Source of the DNA: Chrysemys picta bellii
Lineage: Eukaryota
Length of the DNA: 64,000 nt
Direction of reading: 5' to 3'
Assembly: GCF_011386835.1 (NCBI RefSeq)
Contig: NC_088796.1
Span: 60,698,001 to 60,762,000, forward strand
Below the pieces are notes generated by a model. It searched no databases and was not told the DNA's origin. It was given only the letters and a program-made list of their open reading frames with translations. Below, piece after piece: positions 46,338 to 58,300 of this stretch (positions are counted from its first letter, which is position 1; the number at the start of each line of letters is the position of its first letter). The position numbers and the translations under genes were made by a program.

Positions 46338-46925
46338 GTGATCGGCACATAGTGTAAAAGGTCTTCATTCTGCTGGTGGACAGTTATTCCCAAAGAACAA
46401 AAGCTAATGCAAGAGCATGAGGTTATTCTGGGTGGTTTTTGTACAGTGTTATTTGCTGGAGGTTTTTCATATCATTTTTCCAGGAATGAATTGGGGTGTT
46501 TTTTTCTAACCATTCATGTTATTGTATTGATACATTTTGAAACTTTTTTTGTAATTTCTTCAGTTCTGAGTGGGAAAGGATGCTTTATATTTGTAAGAAG
46601 TCTATTTCATAAGAACTTAATAGCAATTCCAGAAACAGCCTGCAAACTTTTGCACATAATCTCCACATAGTGCCTGTAAATGTCAGTAGAGTTCTCTAGG
46701 TATGAGCTAGCATTTTTAACATTGCAAAGAATGCATTAAGCATTCTAAGACTGTAATGAGTTTTGGTTAACCTTGGCCTTTCTAGGCTGGCTGTATAAGG
46801 TATTTCTTTGGGTGAATTATTTGTGAGAAATCATAGGTCAATCACAGATATTTACAGGATAGCAAATTAATAGATGTATCATCTCATCTGGACTCCTAAT
46901 AATAAAATGTCAAAAGTCTGGACTG
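46338..46925 (+). other. CAST: CAST terminal non-coding (3'UTR) exon; 3' end uncertain, may extend to about 47690
   Basis: T-tract-ttctag acceptor at 46337. The start (...gtaaaaggtcttcattctgctggtgga...gaacaaaag) resembles the mammalian CAST 3'UTR as recalled. AATAAA at 46901 and 47665. Confidence 0.75.
46901..46906 (+). terminator. Candidate CAST proximal poly(A) signal
   Basis: AATAAA in the terminal exon. Confidence 0.5.
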
Positions 46926-47664
46926 TGCCTTTGTTACAGTGTAAAAAAGAGTCTCCCCTCTCTCAAATTATGTCACCACAACTGTACTCTTATCCTCTTT
47001 GTGCCAGGAGTTTCCTGACTACAGATGCTAATGCGAGTCACCTGCATTCCTGGTCATATCATACTGCAAGAGAGGGAAAGGGGGCCCCTGAAACTTAGCA
47101 GGAGTCAAATGAATGGGAGCTCCACGTCAACAGAAAGGGTGGCACTTCTGCAATAATACCAAGTCTCTGCTTCTCCACCCTCTATTGAGACTCACAAAAT
47201 GGGTGCAGGAGCAGAGCAGAAGTTAATGCTATAAGGAGTGGTATTAACTTCCATGAACTATATTTACATAGTCCCCAGGGAAACAGCTGGCAAAGAGCAG
47301 CCATTCCCTGGCAACCACATTGCAACGCTGAAGATGAGGCTATTCTGTGAGCTGTTGTAGATGTGCTACTTCCCCCAATTTCTGTGGGTTTTTCCCTTCT
47401 TTGTGCCTCACAGCAGAGGAAAGCTTAGTGCTATAAGTGCAAGATTCTGGTGTCCTTACTCACAATGAGTAACACTATAAATAGTCTCATTGACTTCGAG
47501 GAACTACTCAGTGTGAGGTAATGGTAGATGAAATATTAGCCAGGATCTCAAAATCTGGTCCTATCTATCTCGTGTTCCAGACAACCATTTTCCAGAGAGC
47601 TAATATGGAGGATAATCAGAATTATGACAACCTGACAGTCTGTATTGAGAGCCTGTGTCACACT

Positions 47665-47670
47665 AATAAA
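47665..47670 (+). terminator. Candidate CAST distal poly(A) signal
   Basis: AATAAA followed by a GT/T-rich tract (gtttttagaatgtattactgtgtgtgt). Confidence 0.5.
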
Positions 47671-48289
47671 GTTTTTAGAATGTATTACTGTGTGTGTCCT
47701 ATTGTTTATATCATCCTATTTCCAATTGTGTATTATTGAACAACTCACTAAAGACAACAGAAGTGCGTCCACTAGAAATCATTAAAAGTAGGCTTTTGGG
47801 TATTAAAAGTGAATGCAATGCTTTGTGCAAAATCAGTAAAATGTCTGTCATCAGATCTTCATGAAAACCAAATATATTAACACCATAAACACAAAATCAA
47901 TTCAGAGATCTAGCTACAATTTTTTTTTTTCATTTTGCTTTTAAATAACTCCAGAAGAGAGTCAGAGCCAGCTTTTAAGTTGCAGAACTCCATTTTTGTG
48001 GGCACAATTTAGGTCATGTAAATGTTTAAATTACCTAACCTATGAGCACAAATATTTGCACACACAAAACTGCACCCCACGAAAATGAGGACCCAGTTGA
48101 GATTGTGCTGAAAATCTGCTAGCTTTTCCCATTGATTAATATAAACACCCTGATGTTCTTAGGAGACTGAAGATTCATTCTCTTTTTAGGTTCTTGTATG
48201 CTACCTATCTTCATGGTATCTGGGTATAAAATATTTCTTTGAGAGGGAGTTTACAAAGATTGCATGTATGCATTATTAATAGTTTTGTT

Positions 48290-48680
48290 TTTGAGCTTCC
48301 AAAACCTCATAGTTCAACAGGAAGTTAGAGGAGCCTTGGGCTTCTACCTGGATAGGACTAAGCAATTAGGCGATCGCCTAGACTTTTCATATCCTTTGCA
48401 GATACATCTAAGGGGCTCCTATCTCTGCTCAGACTTTCAAAATGGGTATCAGGTTTTATAATATACCTCTTATGAGTCTGCAGGCGCTCAGCCCTCCCAC
48501 AGGGCACATTCAACCAGATCCCAGGCAACATCTACAGCATTTCTGAAGAATTTTGCAGCATCTGAGGTATGTAGAGCAGCTACTTGAATTTCTGTCCATT
48601 TGTTTTCAAAGAATTATGCCCTGCTCTGTGCCATCAGGTCCCATGTGGCTCTTGGCTCTGCAGTACTGTCTTTAGTGCTG
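48290..48680 (+). mobile_element. DIRS tyrosine recombinase 3' remnant
   Basis: Decayed RLFISFA, RLSKWVSG, TRSQATSTAF, VCRAAT peptides, homologous to 35160-35520. Confidence 0.75.
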
Positions 48681-49423
48681 GATCCCGTCGTCTTAGGATA
48701 CTGCTGATGTAGAGCACCCCTAGGACGCTACTCAAAGATGGAAATGTCACCCGTGCAGGAAGTGTAGATCTTTGAGATGTGCACCCACCCCTCCCTTGAT
48801 GCTCCACTATCTCAGTGGGGAGGAGTAACAGCATATGGATTCTAAATGCATGGGAGTTCCAAAACAGCAGAAGTCCATCACTTGTGCAACAATGCCCCCC
48901 ACTTCCTCTGGCAGACTGAAGTGGGTACAGAAGCAGAGTAAACTTAAATGCTATACTTCCATGAATTAGATCTGCTTGGGAAACAGGTGACCTAGAGCAG
49001 CTGCTCCCTGGTACTAACACTGCAGAGTTAAACACAAGGTTGTTCTTGGTGCTGTTGTCGGTGCTGCATCCTCCAGCTTCCATGGGCTTGTTTATTAATT
49101 GCTTCTCACAGGATGGGAGCAGAGGGCTCCAAGTAGCTAGTTTTTCAGATGGCCCATTTATCAAGGTGTAATATGAAGGCCAATCAGAATTTTTGCTGAC
49201 AACGTGTAAAATGTATACTACACTGTAGTGGGTGGCAGTACCACACCAAATAAACTCTTTGTCTTACTATGTTCGTATTATTGGGTTTGAATCTTTCTGT
49301 TTCCAGTCATACGTTACCTGTAGCATCGTCAGAAGACAAAGTTGATTTTATAAAAAAATTAACAAGTAAACTTCAAAAAATGAATTCTATAAATGCAGTC
49401 ATCAGGTAGTCAAAAAAACCAAA

Positions 49424-49429
49424 TTTATT
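49424..49429 (-). terminator. Candidate ERAP1 poly(A) signal (AATAAA on - strand); another at 52000-52005
   Basis: tttatt on +, followed on - by a U-rich tract tttggtttttttg. Confidence 0.45.
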
Positions 49430-52209
49430 AATACTCTGAGTATAAAACCAATCCAAAGATCTAGCTACATTTTTTTTCTGTTTTTCTTTAAGCTGACTAC
49501 AGAACATGGCCATACTGGAACAAATTTAAGTCACTGAGCACTATTTTTGGGACTACAGTTTAGGTCACTTAAAAATTAAGGACCAGATCCTGCAAATGGA
49601 TCCACTTGGACTCATCCCAGGGTCCACCCTCAGCCCCACTTAAGTCAAGGGGTTTCAGGCAAGTGCAGAGGTGCTCCTGTTGAAATCAACTTGCAGGATC
49701 CAGCCCAGAAGGACCTAGACTGAGTACAAATAACTGCAGATGCAAAACTGCACTGACAAAAACTGGGATTCAGTTAAGGCTTTGAAAATCTGGTACTTAA
49801 CTTTTTTTTTTTTTTTCAAACAATTAACAATCATTCTGACATATTTAGGAGACTGAAGATTCATTCAATTTTTCTAAATACTAAGAACCTGAGTATTTAG
49901 TAAAATATTGTTTTGAGATGGATTTTCACAACTGCTTTTGTTTCTTTCCCAGAAGGTGACCAGGTGCAGAGATCCTAAAGCGCTATTTAATTAACTTGTA
50001 AAGTAAAATTCAGAATCTGTTACATAGGTCATGCTAATTCTAGGGAATAAATAGCATACAGCAGCTAATCTACACAGACTTTTTTTCTCAGTGTTGGAGG
50101 ATCATGACTGCACTGTACACTCTAATGTTCAAAGATAAAATTGATTAAATTTATGTTGGTCACATGCAACTGTCAGAAATAACACTTCTTAAATGAGTGA
50201 TGGTTAACATGCCCTAAAGTGTTAGTCTTTTTGCATCTCTGTTAATTTCCTTTTTGGGGTCAATTACTCTGAGAATGAAAACAAACTATCTTTTTCTATT
50301 TATTTTTAGTTCAGAATTTCAAACTACATCTCTCCATGACATGTAGAGAGAGAGAGAGAGAACATCAGTTTAAAATGTTTACAAATGCAAAATTGTAAGA
50401 GATGCAAAATTCAGTTGACATATGCAGATTTGTGTTTTAAACAGCTTGTCAAACATGTTTCCTGGTATGGTTATAAAAACAATTTTATAAATATTTACTG
50501 CAATAATTCTGTGAATGTCTGTTCTTCCCTGGTGCACATTCAGAATTCCCTTTAGTATGAATTTAGTAACAGTGACCAATGGTGAGGGTATTTCCTAACA
50601 GTTACTGAAGGACATCATAATCAACAAGAAAGCAGCCTTTCCTTCAGTGTTCCACTAACACTTTCACTTCCATCTGAAGAGCACAAAGCCCTTTACAAAC
50701 ATTAATTAAATAAGCATCATCACTTTAGTGAAGTAGGTAAGCAGAAGTATCCCAGTTTTACAGATAGGATACTAAAGCCCTGACCAAGGATTGCCAGCAA
50801 CCTAGAAATCACACTTCTGTCTGAAGTTTCTAATATTTCCCATTCTACCTTATTACAACTGACTGGTTTTTCCTCAGATCTATCTGTTTTCACTTTGATT
50901 ATGCATTTGACAATATTTTGTGTACAGTCAGTTTCTCCATTTCCCATTTTACTGTAAGAAAGACACACAACAGAAAAGAACTTCATAAAGATCATACAAA
51001 CTTCTAAAAGAGCCAAACATGCAACCTAGATGTCACCTGACCATCTTTCTTCTTTGTCTTAGGTTTGTAATAGGAGAACAGGCCCCATTATAATAAAAAT
51101 GAGTCCTATTTAGTAATCACTTTTTAAACAGGTTAATCTTCTGAAAAGGACATTTATTTTGTAAAAGTGCACTTTTGTTAGTTGGAAGAGCTAATTAACA
51201 GCAAATACTGAAATCACCCTGACCCTATCAAAGAGTTACTAATTATACTGATCTAAAATATTAAATATCTCTGATCCTGTTGAACTTTCAGATTCAGATC
51301 ACATTCTAATATTACTCTAATGTAATTCTATATTAAAAAGGAGTATAAGATTTAATATAAAGGTAAGCAAGTAATTCACTTTCCACAGTCAAATAAGGCA
51401 TAATTAAAAAATGCTCTCATGAAGCAATAGCCATATAATTATAAAAAGAGGAGGTATGGGAAAAATAAGTTAGTTATTCAACTGCACTTCTTATCACTTC
51501 TACTTTTGAAGTGTATTAATCCTAATCACAGTTGCAATATATACTCTAATACTGTACACCTTGATATAGGAAAGGATTAAATTCCTCATGGTGTTTTACA
51601 TAAATTATTTTGATTGACTGACTGCAGATTCACAAAATATGGGTAAAAAGTAGGTGCTAAGAAATCATTTCACCTTCATAATTTCAATACATCTCCATGT
51701 TAAACTAGCATCCCTATAAATATTCCAGTGCTGGGCTACCCTGAGCAGAAATTGCTAGCCGTACCTAGTGTGTGGCAAGGGGATACACACTTCTATGCCA
51801 TCTCATAGGTGGAGTGTTCCATTTATAGTTCAGTTGTGTTCTCATCCATTTTCTGTCATTTCACAAATTAGTTTTTCCTCAAAAGAGAATAGTAAATCCA
51901 TTTTTTAGAATTCAAGTATTCCAATTTTAGAATTCAAAATCCCCAGTTTACACAGGCCACAGTGACCAATTTTTATTGCTCAACAATTGTGGATGATGGT
52001 TTATTATTGGATTGAAGGTGTGCATATAGAACCCTATCTTGCTCCTATTGAAATTGATAGTCAATCTCATACAAAGGAACAAAATGGGGCCCATGCCATC
52101 ACCTCTTTAATTAAATCACACCCCAAAACAACAAAAAAGCTTTAGATTTTTTGAAATTTTCACTGTTTTGTAATTCAAATATTCAAAGCCAGATGCAATA
52201 ATAAATCCT

Positions 52210-52353
52210 TCACATGTTATTTTGTAGCCATATTTTGATTTTTTCAAAGTTTATGTCCATCCATCGTATATTTTCTTCAATGGTTTCTACAGCTTGTTGG
52301 ACACAGCGGAGGTGTGAACTTTTTTCCTCCAGAGAATTGAAGAATTCTTTCAC
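52210..52353 (-). CDS. ERAP1: ERAP1 last coding exon
   Basis: 144 nt; VKEFFNSLEEKSSHLRCVQQAVETIEENIRWMDINFEKIKIWLQNNM*. Confidence 0.95.
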   Translation of the reverse strand: MKEFFNSLEEKSSHLRCVQQAVETIEENIRWMDINFEKIKIWLQNNM

Positions 52354-55300
52354 CTATCAGAAAAAATTAGAACAAACAGTTGATGCATGCGTAAGAGGCA
52401 GTGAAGTCTAGTAACTAGTGCACAAGTTTAAAAAACTCCAGGTTTCCAGTGTGACCTATAGTAAGTCTCTTAACTACTGTGACTGTCTACCTGACAGCAG
52501 TTTTCTAAAAAACTTCACACTATTGGTAAAAGCAGAGCTCTGCCACAATGAGGCACCTAGTGCTAGCTAAAACAGCAGCAACCATTTTTTAATACCATCT
52601 CAATTAAACCAGCTCAGAGCAGTGGCATCAGTGTAAGCAACAGTGGATCATTTTCAGAAACTTTTTTAATCCCAACCTACAGCAAAGTCAACTGGAGGCT
52701 AGGGGCTCAGCATGGAAACCCCCATGGTAGCTCTCAGCCCTTGTGTTCCCCACATCACACCCCCATTGCAGTGAAGGAGCCCTGGTGTCAGACCTTTCTC
52801 AGCCAACGACTACTTCCCAGCTAGTGTTTTAAGGGAGAGTCCCAACCACTGAGGGGAAAGATAGTTTTAATGACAGACAAGTGCTACCAAAGGTCACTGT
52901 AAGACTTTCCTTATTATTGAGATGTGAGGAGTCATGCTTTGCAGAGTTACTGTGGGAAAACAAGTCATTTTGTCATTTATTGAATATATTAATGTTTGTT
53001 TGAAAACATGACCTCTGCTTCATCCTACAGCAGGGGTCGGCAACGTTTGGCACACGGCTCACCAGGGTAAGCACCCTGGTGGGCCGGGCCAATTTATTTA
53101 CCTGCTGACGCGGCAGGTTCGGCCGATCGCGGCCCCCACTGGCCGCGGTTCGCTGTCCCGGGCCAAAGGGGGCAACGAGAAGCGGCACGGGCGAGGGATG
53201 TGCTGGCCGTGGCTTCCCGCCGCCCCCATTGGCCCGGGACAGCGAACCGTGGCCAATGGGGGCCGCGATCGGCCGAACCTGCCGCGTCAGCAGGTAAATA
53301 AACTGGCCCGGCCCGCCAGGGTGCTTATCCTGGCGAGCCGCATGCCAAACGTTGCCAACCCTGTCCTACAGTAATATCATATTGAAGGCCATGTGTCGTT
53401 TGCTGCAAGCAAGACCTAAATTCTGCAGCAAGTTCCTTGAAGTCTGTAGCAGCTTAGTGGGAAAGCTCCATTTAGATTTAAAACGGAGGCTTTCAACGAA
53501 GATTAAAACTAACAATATAATCAATACGGTAACAGTGCCCACATTTTGCACTGGGCCTCAGGTTTTCACCTGAAAAGTGGCATTAGAACTTCCCAACCTC
53601 ACAGGAATGTTGTGAAGATACTGTACATATTAATGCTTGTGAGGTACTAAGATGAGCACCATGGCAGAGTGTATAAATAAAATTGGCCAGGCTAAACTTG
53701 ATAGAAGTGGTACAGAAATGACAAGCCTTCCTATTGCCACTTTTCAGATGAAAACCTGAGGCCCAGAGGCATTAAGGAGACAAGAACGCCGAGCAGGCAA
53801 CCAACACCTGACGCTCACCCAATGTTCTAACCACAGGTCCATTCTTTCCCTTGCTATTGGCATATACTGCTATGCTTAGGGTCCTCAAACCCACAACTTG
53901 TATAGCATTTGTATAGCTTCAGGGGAGCTACAGTACTACTTCAATGTTTACTAACTTCCAATATTTACATGATCCTTAGGCTTAATCACAGGTTATACCT
54001 ATCATCTTCATAAAACTACTTCTGCACATAAAACAGACTCTGGCATTTCCAAAGGAGTCTAAGGAAGTTAGTCATCCAGCTCCCTTAGGTAGCTCTGAAA
54101 ACCCCAGCCAGAATGCATGATCTGAAAGTAAGACACTTCACCTCTGCAAGCTGTTCCCTTGTAGAATATTGATTTGTCACTCCGATTACCATGTGGGCTA
54201 TAGAAGGTGAGCCAAGTTCAAACCTAGCGAAAAAGCCAAAAAACAATTACTAAAGATTTATTAAATGGATGATTTAATTTAAAACAGAGAAATAGATGTC
54301 AAATATAGCTAGCATAAGGGTCTGAGTAGAACAATATGTGCAACTTACTTTTGTACAAGTTTATTCCAGTTTTCCTTCAAAAATTTCCATGCTAGATGAT
54401 AGCCAGAAGGGTTTTTAGCAACAAACACAATGATATGTGGAAGATCCTGGGTTTTTACTACATCACCAAGCAAACTTTGATCCATTATCCTAAAAACCCC
54501 AATGAGGATGGAAATGGAAAAGGTAACTAGACTGTTAGGCAGAGATGACGGATGGGTTACTTTGTTAAAACTACATTTCTTAACGCCTTGGCTAATCACT
54601 ATAACTGTCTTAATTTCAATTTTACTTTAAGATAAAATTTACTTTAGCAAAAGACTTCTGAGCCACTTGCATCACCCTAGTCCCATGAGGTTCATCATGA
54701 AAGTTATTAAGATTATCTCCATTTCAGGAAATCTAGAATAAAATCAACATAATGCTTTGAACTTTAACAGCACCTTTCATCCCACAATTTCAAAATTAAT
54801 GTGAACCTCAGTTGTCTTGAGAGATAGATAAGTATCATCCCCTTTTTGCAGATCGGGAAATTGAGGCACTATTCATTAAAAAAAAAAATTAGTGCCTCTT
54901 GGTAGCATCAACGCACAGTGAAATGACTTGCTCGCTTTCACAATGCAAATCAGTGGCAGAAATGGTAGCTGTAACATTTCTAAATGTTCCTTTCCTCCTA
55001 TGATGCTAAAAGGAGAGAGGGCATGTATCTACTGTGGCTGGAGCTCTCTCAAAACACTGAGGGACAATGTTTTTAAGAGTCAACCCCCCCTTGCATGCAT
55101 AAGAAATATATAGGTACACTGCAATTACAGTAACTTTACATGCAAAAGGTAATCAAGTGCCTAAATAGTCACTTGTTTCTGCCTTTCTCCAATTGACAGC
55201 TGAAAATGCAAACGTGTGTGTGCACCAGCCTCTGGTGTCAAGTTTTAAATTGCAGCTTCCCCTTTTTTATAAGGCATTTTATAATACTGTGCATTGAAGA

Positions 55301-58300
55301 TGCTAGAAAAGTGCTCATTGCTGTAGTTCACATTTCACTCAAGTTTGGTTCCTCCCTCTCCACTCCCATACAAACACTTCCTTCATAAAACAGTAAATTA
55401 CTCACCACTGAAGTTTGTCCTTATTTCTGCTAATACTGAGAGCAACTTCAATCTGATTTCTCTCAGTGTTGAACCAAGGTAGCCTGTATTTACTAAAAAG
55501 GAAGTCCCAACCTTCGATTGTCTGGGCTCCAACAGCATATACTGCAGTTTTAACATCATTGGGCAAACTGCAACAAATTGGAAACCAAGTTACACTCTGC
55601 TTCATATTTCCATTATGATGGATACTTCCATTCTGATTCACCATCCCATTACACCAGTTTTACACCAGAAATCATTCTGGTATAACAAAAGGGTGAATTA
55701 GGCCTTTAATTTTTCTCCGTCTGTCCCTATTCATGATTCCTAAGTGTTGCCAGAGGAGGAGTTTGCCTTCAGTCTAAAAGTATCCGGGTATTTATTGTTA
55801 GTGAGACTCAGTAGGCAGCACACGCTACTTTGAACCTAGAAGACCGGGGTTCAAGACTCATTCCAGAGCAGATCCTGTTTTGCCAAGGAAGAGTTTTATT
55901 AAGAGATATTAGTCATTCAGAGATGTTTAAATAGTAATCATGTTACCTATGTAAGAGTTACAGATCCTATGTCACTTTCTGAAAGAGCTGTCCTGGTCAA
56001 CAAGCCCTCTCCCAAAGATGGCTGGCAAAAGTTTTATTTAAAATTGGTCTTGTTTCATTATTTGGGTGTTTTTCACATTGGAAATATCAGGAATGCTGGT
56101 TTTGCTAAATGACCTGCTGGTGGTATCTCAGCATGTTTACTGTGAACTCTGACTCGTTAAAGATTCACTTTCTCCACCCCTTAATTTAACAAAGATGGCC
56201 TGTATCCAAAATGTTAGTGAGTAGCAGGTGACCTGAAAGTATATGGTGTAAAATAAAACCCTTCAGACCTTCTTTCTCCACCATAAAAAAGCAAAACAAA
56301 GGGGCATAACTCTAATTTCCATTTTCCCTTTCACCTTTAGTAAAACAAGTTCCAAAGTACAAAGTGGTGTATGAGCTCTCAGTGAGTACACAATAGCTGT
56401 CAAGTCCAGAGGGAATTGGGAGTCTGAGATGAGAAAGTACTAAAAAAGGTTAATATTTGGGTCCCTGAAAGGGCTGAAGTATGGACAGCTGCTTTATTAC
56501 TAGATCAATTCACCAATACTAAATCAAAAGGGAAAACATTAATTCATCCTTCACCTCTACTGAATTTACTATGAAAACAGACCGTAAAGTTCCATTGGAT
56601 TCCTTCCATTTCATAAAATATTCTTCTGCTTTGTCCACACACGGCTGGTACTTGCGCGCACACGCAAACAGGAGTAGGGAACTGCGAAGCATTCTCTCAG
56701 ACACTGAGCCCTCATCATTCCAGGACTGTTTGTCAATTAGGTCTTTAAACAGATTGACTATGTACCCCTAAAACAATTTAATAATAAAAAGATTGTATTT
56801 AACACACTTACGTATAAATACTGCCTCTTGAAATGTATTACTTATGCTGTTGTTGGCACTAGTAATTTAAATCAACATCTAAACCACTTATCTTTGGTTA
56901 AATCCTCCAATAAATCTTCAAACCCATGTCACTTTTTAAATATTTTCATTTTACAAATTTTACCAACATTTAGCAAAAATTAACTTATTAGCTGTTCATA
57001 TCTGTCTCTCTGAAAATCAGGGTTTTGTGCCATACCAACCATCCGTTATTTTAATTCATCAGTTTTAAATATAATGGGATGACAATTAGTTTCAGTGTTC
57101 AACTACTTCACCATCTGTTACCGTGATCCTACAAGCAGACCAACGTGGATGGACCCCTGTGCAGCCACCATTCAATTCTCCCCTCTCTGTACATGCAGGC
57201 AAACAAAAGCAGCCCAAGAGGGCTAGTTCAGTGGTTTGAGCATTGACCTGCCAAACCCAGGATTGTGAGTTCAATCCTTAAGGGGACCATTTAGGGAACT
57301 CGGATAAAAATCTGATTAGTCCTGCTTTGAGCAGGGTGTCGGACTAGATGACCTCCTGAGGTCCCTTCCAATCCTGATATTCTATGATAGTGGGCATCTC
57401 CATGGATGTAAAGGTTCACCCATGTGAATCTGATTACAGGATTGGGGCCTACACTCCATAGGAACTAGTGCATTCAACTCAGTGCTGTGTGTAAAATCAG
57501 TGGGCCAAATCCATCCCTGGTGTAACTCCCGGGCAGACAGTGCTATTCCAGGGGTGAATTTGGTTCAGTAAAGTTAACTGAGCAAATTCTGGAACAAGCA
57601 AAATCGAAAGAAATCACATCCTTCCTAAATAATATAAATCATAATTGCTAGAGCATCACCTTCTAATGTATAATTATAATACCAAACAATAGTTCAAGCT
57701 ATTGCATCTCAACATTCTGCAAGGAATTGCTCTGAATATTCTACCTATCTCATTTTCTCTAGAACTATACTTAGAGAAAAGAATAAGATTTTTAACACCC
57801 CAATTTTTTATAAACATGCACTTCTTGCTTATTTTACAATCTTCTAATTTCACAACCCTTGCCTTCCTGGCTGAGTTGAAAGCCGGGTCTGGAAGTACTA
57901 ATCAGACAATAAACAGAGCAGAGTAGCAGGACAGACAGGACAGTCTTGAGGTTAAGGATGGGACTCTACAGATCTAGACTCTGCCTGTGCCTCAGTTCCC
58001 CATCTGTAAAATGGTGATAATACTTCCCTCTCCTACTGGCGTGTTGTGAGGATAGAGGCATTAAAGTTTGTGAAGGGCTCAGATACTGCTGTGTTGGGGC
58101 CACAATGGTCTTTAGATACACAACAGAGGCAGCAGTCTTAGTAGGATACCTGTGGTCACTGGGAGGACCACTGAACTTGGACTGATTGTGTATTTGCCTG
58201 CCAGCTACATGCACATACAGAGAAAAGAGGACTGAACAGTGGCTGCTCCAAAAGAGATACAACTGCCAGGATCTGGCTACATCTCTGGCAGCTGCAGGCT

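Larger units (their letters stand above)
47845..49935 (+). repeat. Diverged direct duplication (about 47845-48265 vs about 49395-49935)
   Basis: Colinear shared blocks gtcatcag, aaaaccaaat.tattaa, agatctagctaca, tttaggtca, caaaactgcac, tgaaaatctg, and 22-nt identical ttaggagactgaagattcattc. Confidence 0.85.

Noticed and set aside
48634-49164. 176-aa minus-strand ORF
   Set aside because: No recognisable domain; it overlaps the decayed DIRS remnant and flanking sequence.
52190-52230. Human-type alternative ERAP1 C-terminus spliced to a downstream exon overlapping CAST
   Set aside because: I see no convincing GT donor near the end of the last coding exon (…AAC ATG TGA aggattt), and no matching downstream exon could be identified by eye.
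53366-53551. 61-aa minus-strand ORF with a signal-peptide-like N-terminus (MQNVGTVTVLIILLVLIFVES...)
   Set aside because: It starts at a MIR edge and ends at a MITE boundary within an ERAP1 intron. I recognise no homology, promoter or splice support, so it is most likely chance.
57217-57290. tRNA gene
   Set aside because: A and B boxes are present, but the sequence continues into a CR1-derived tail and lacks a proper acceptor stem and T-run terminator; it is a SINE.
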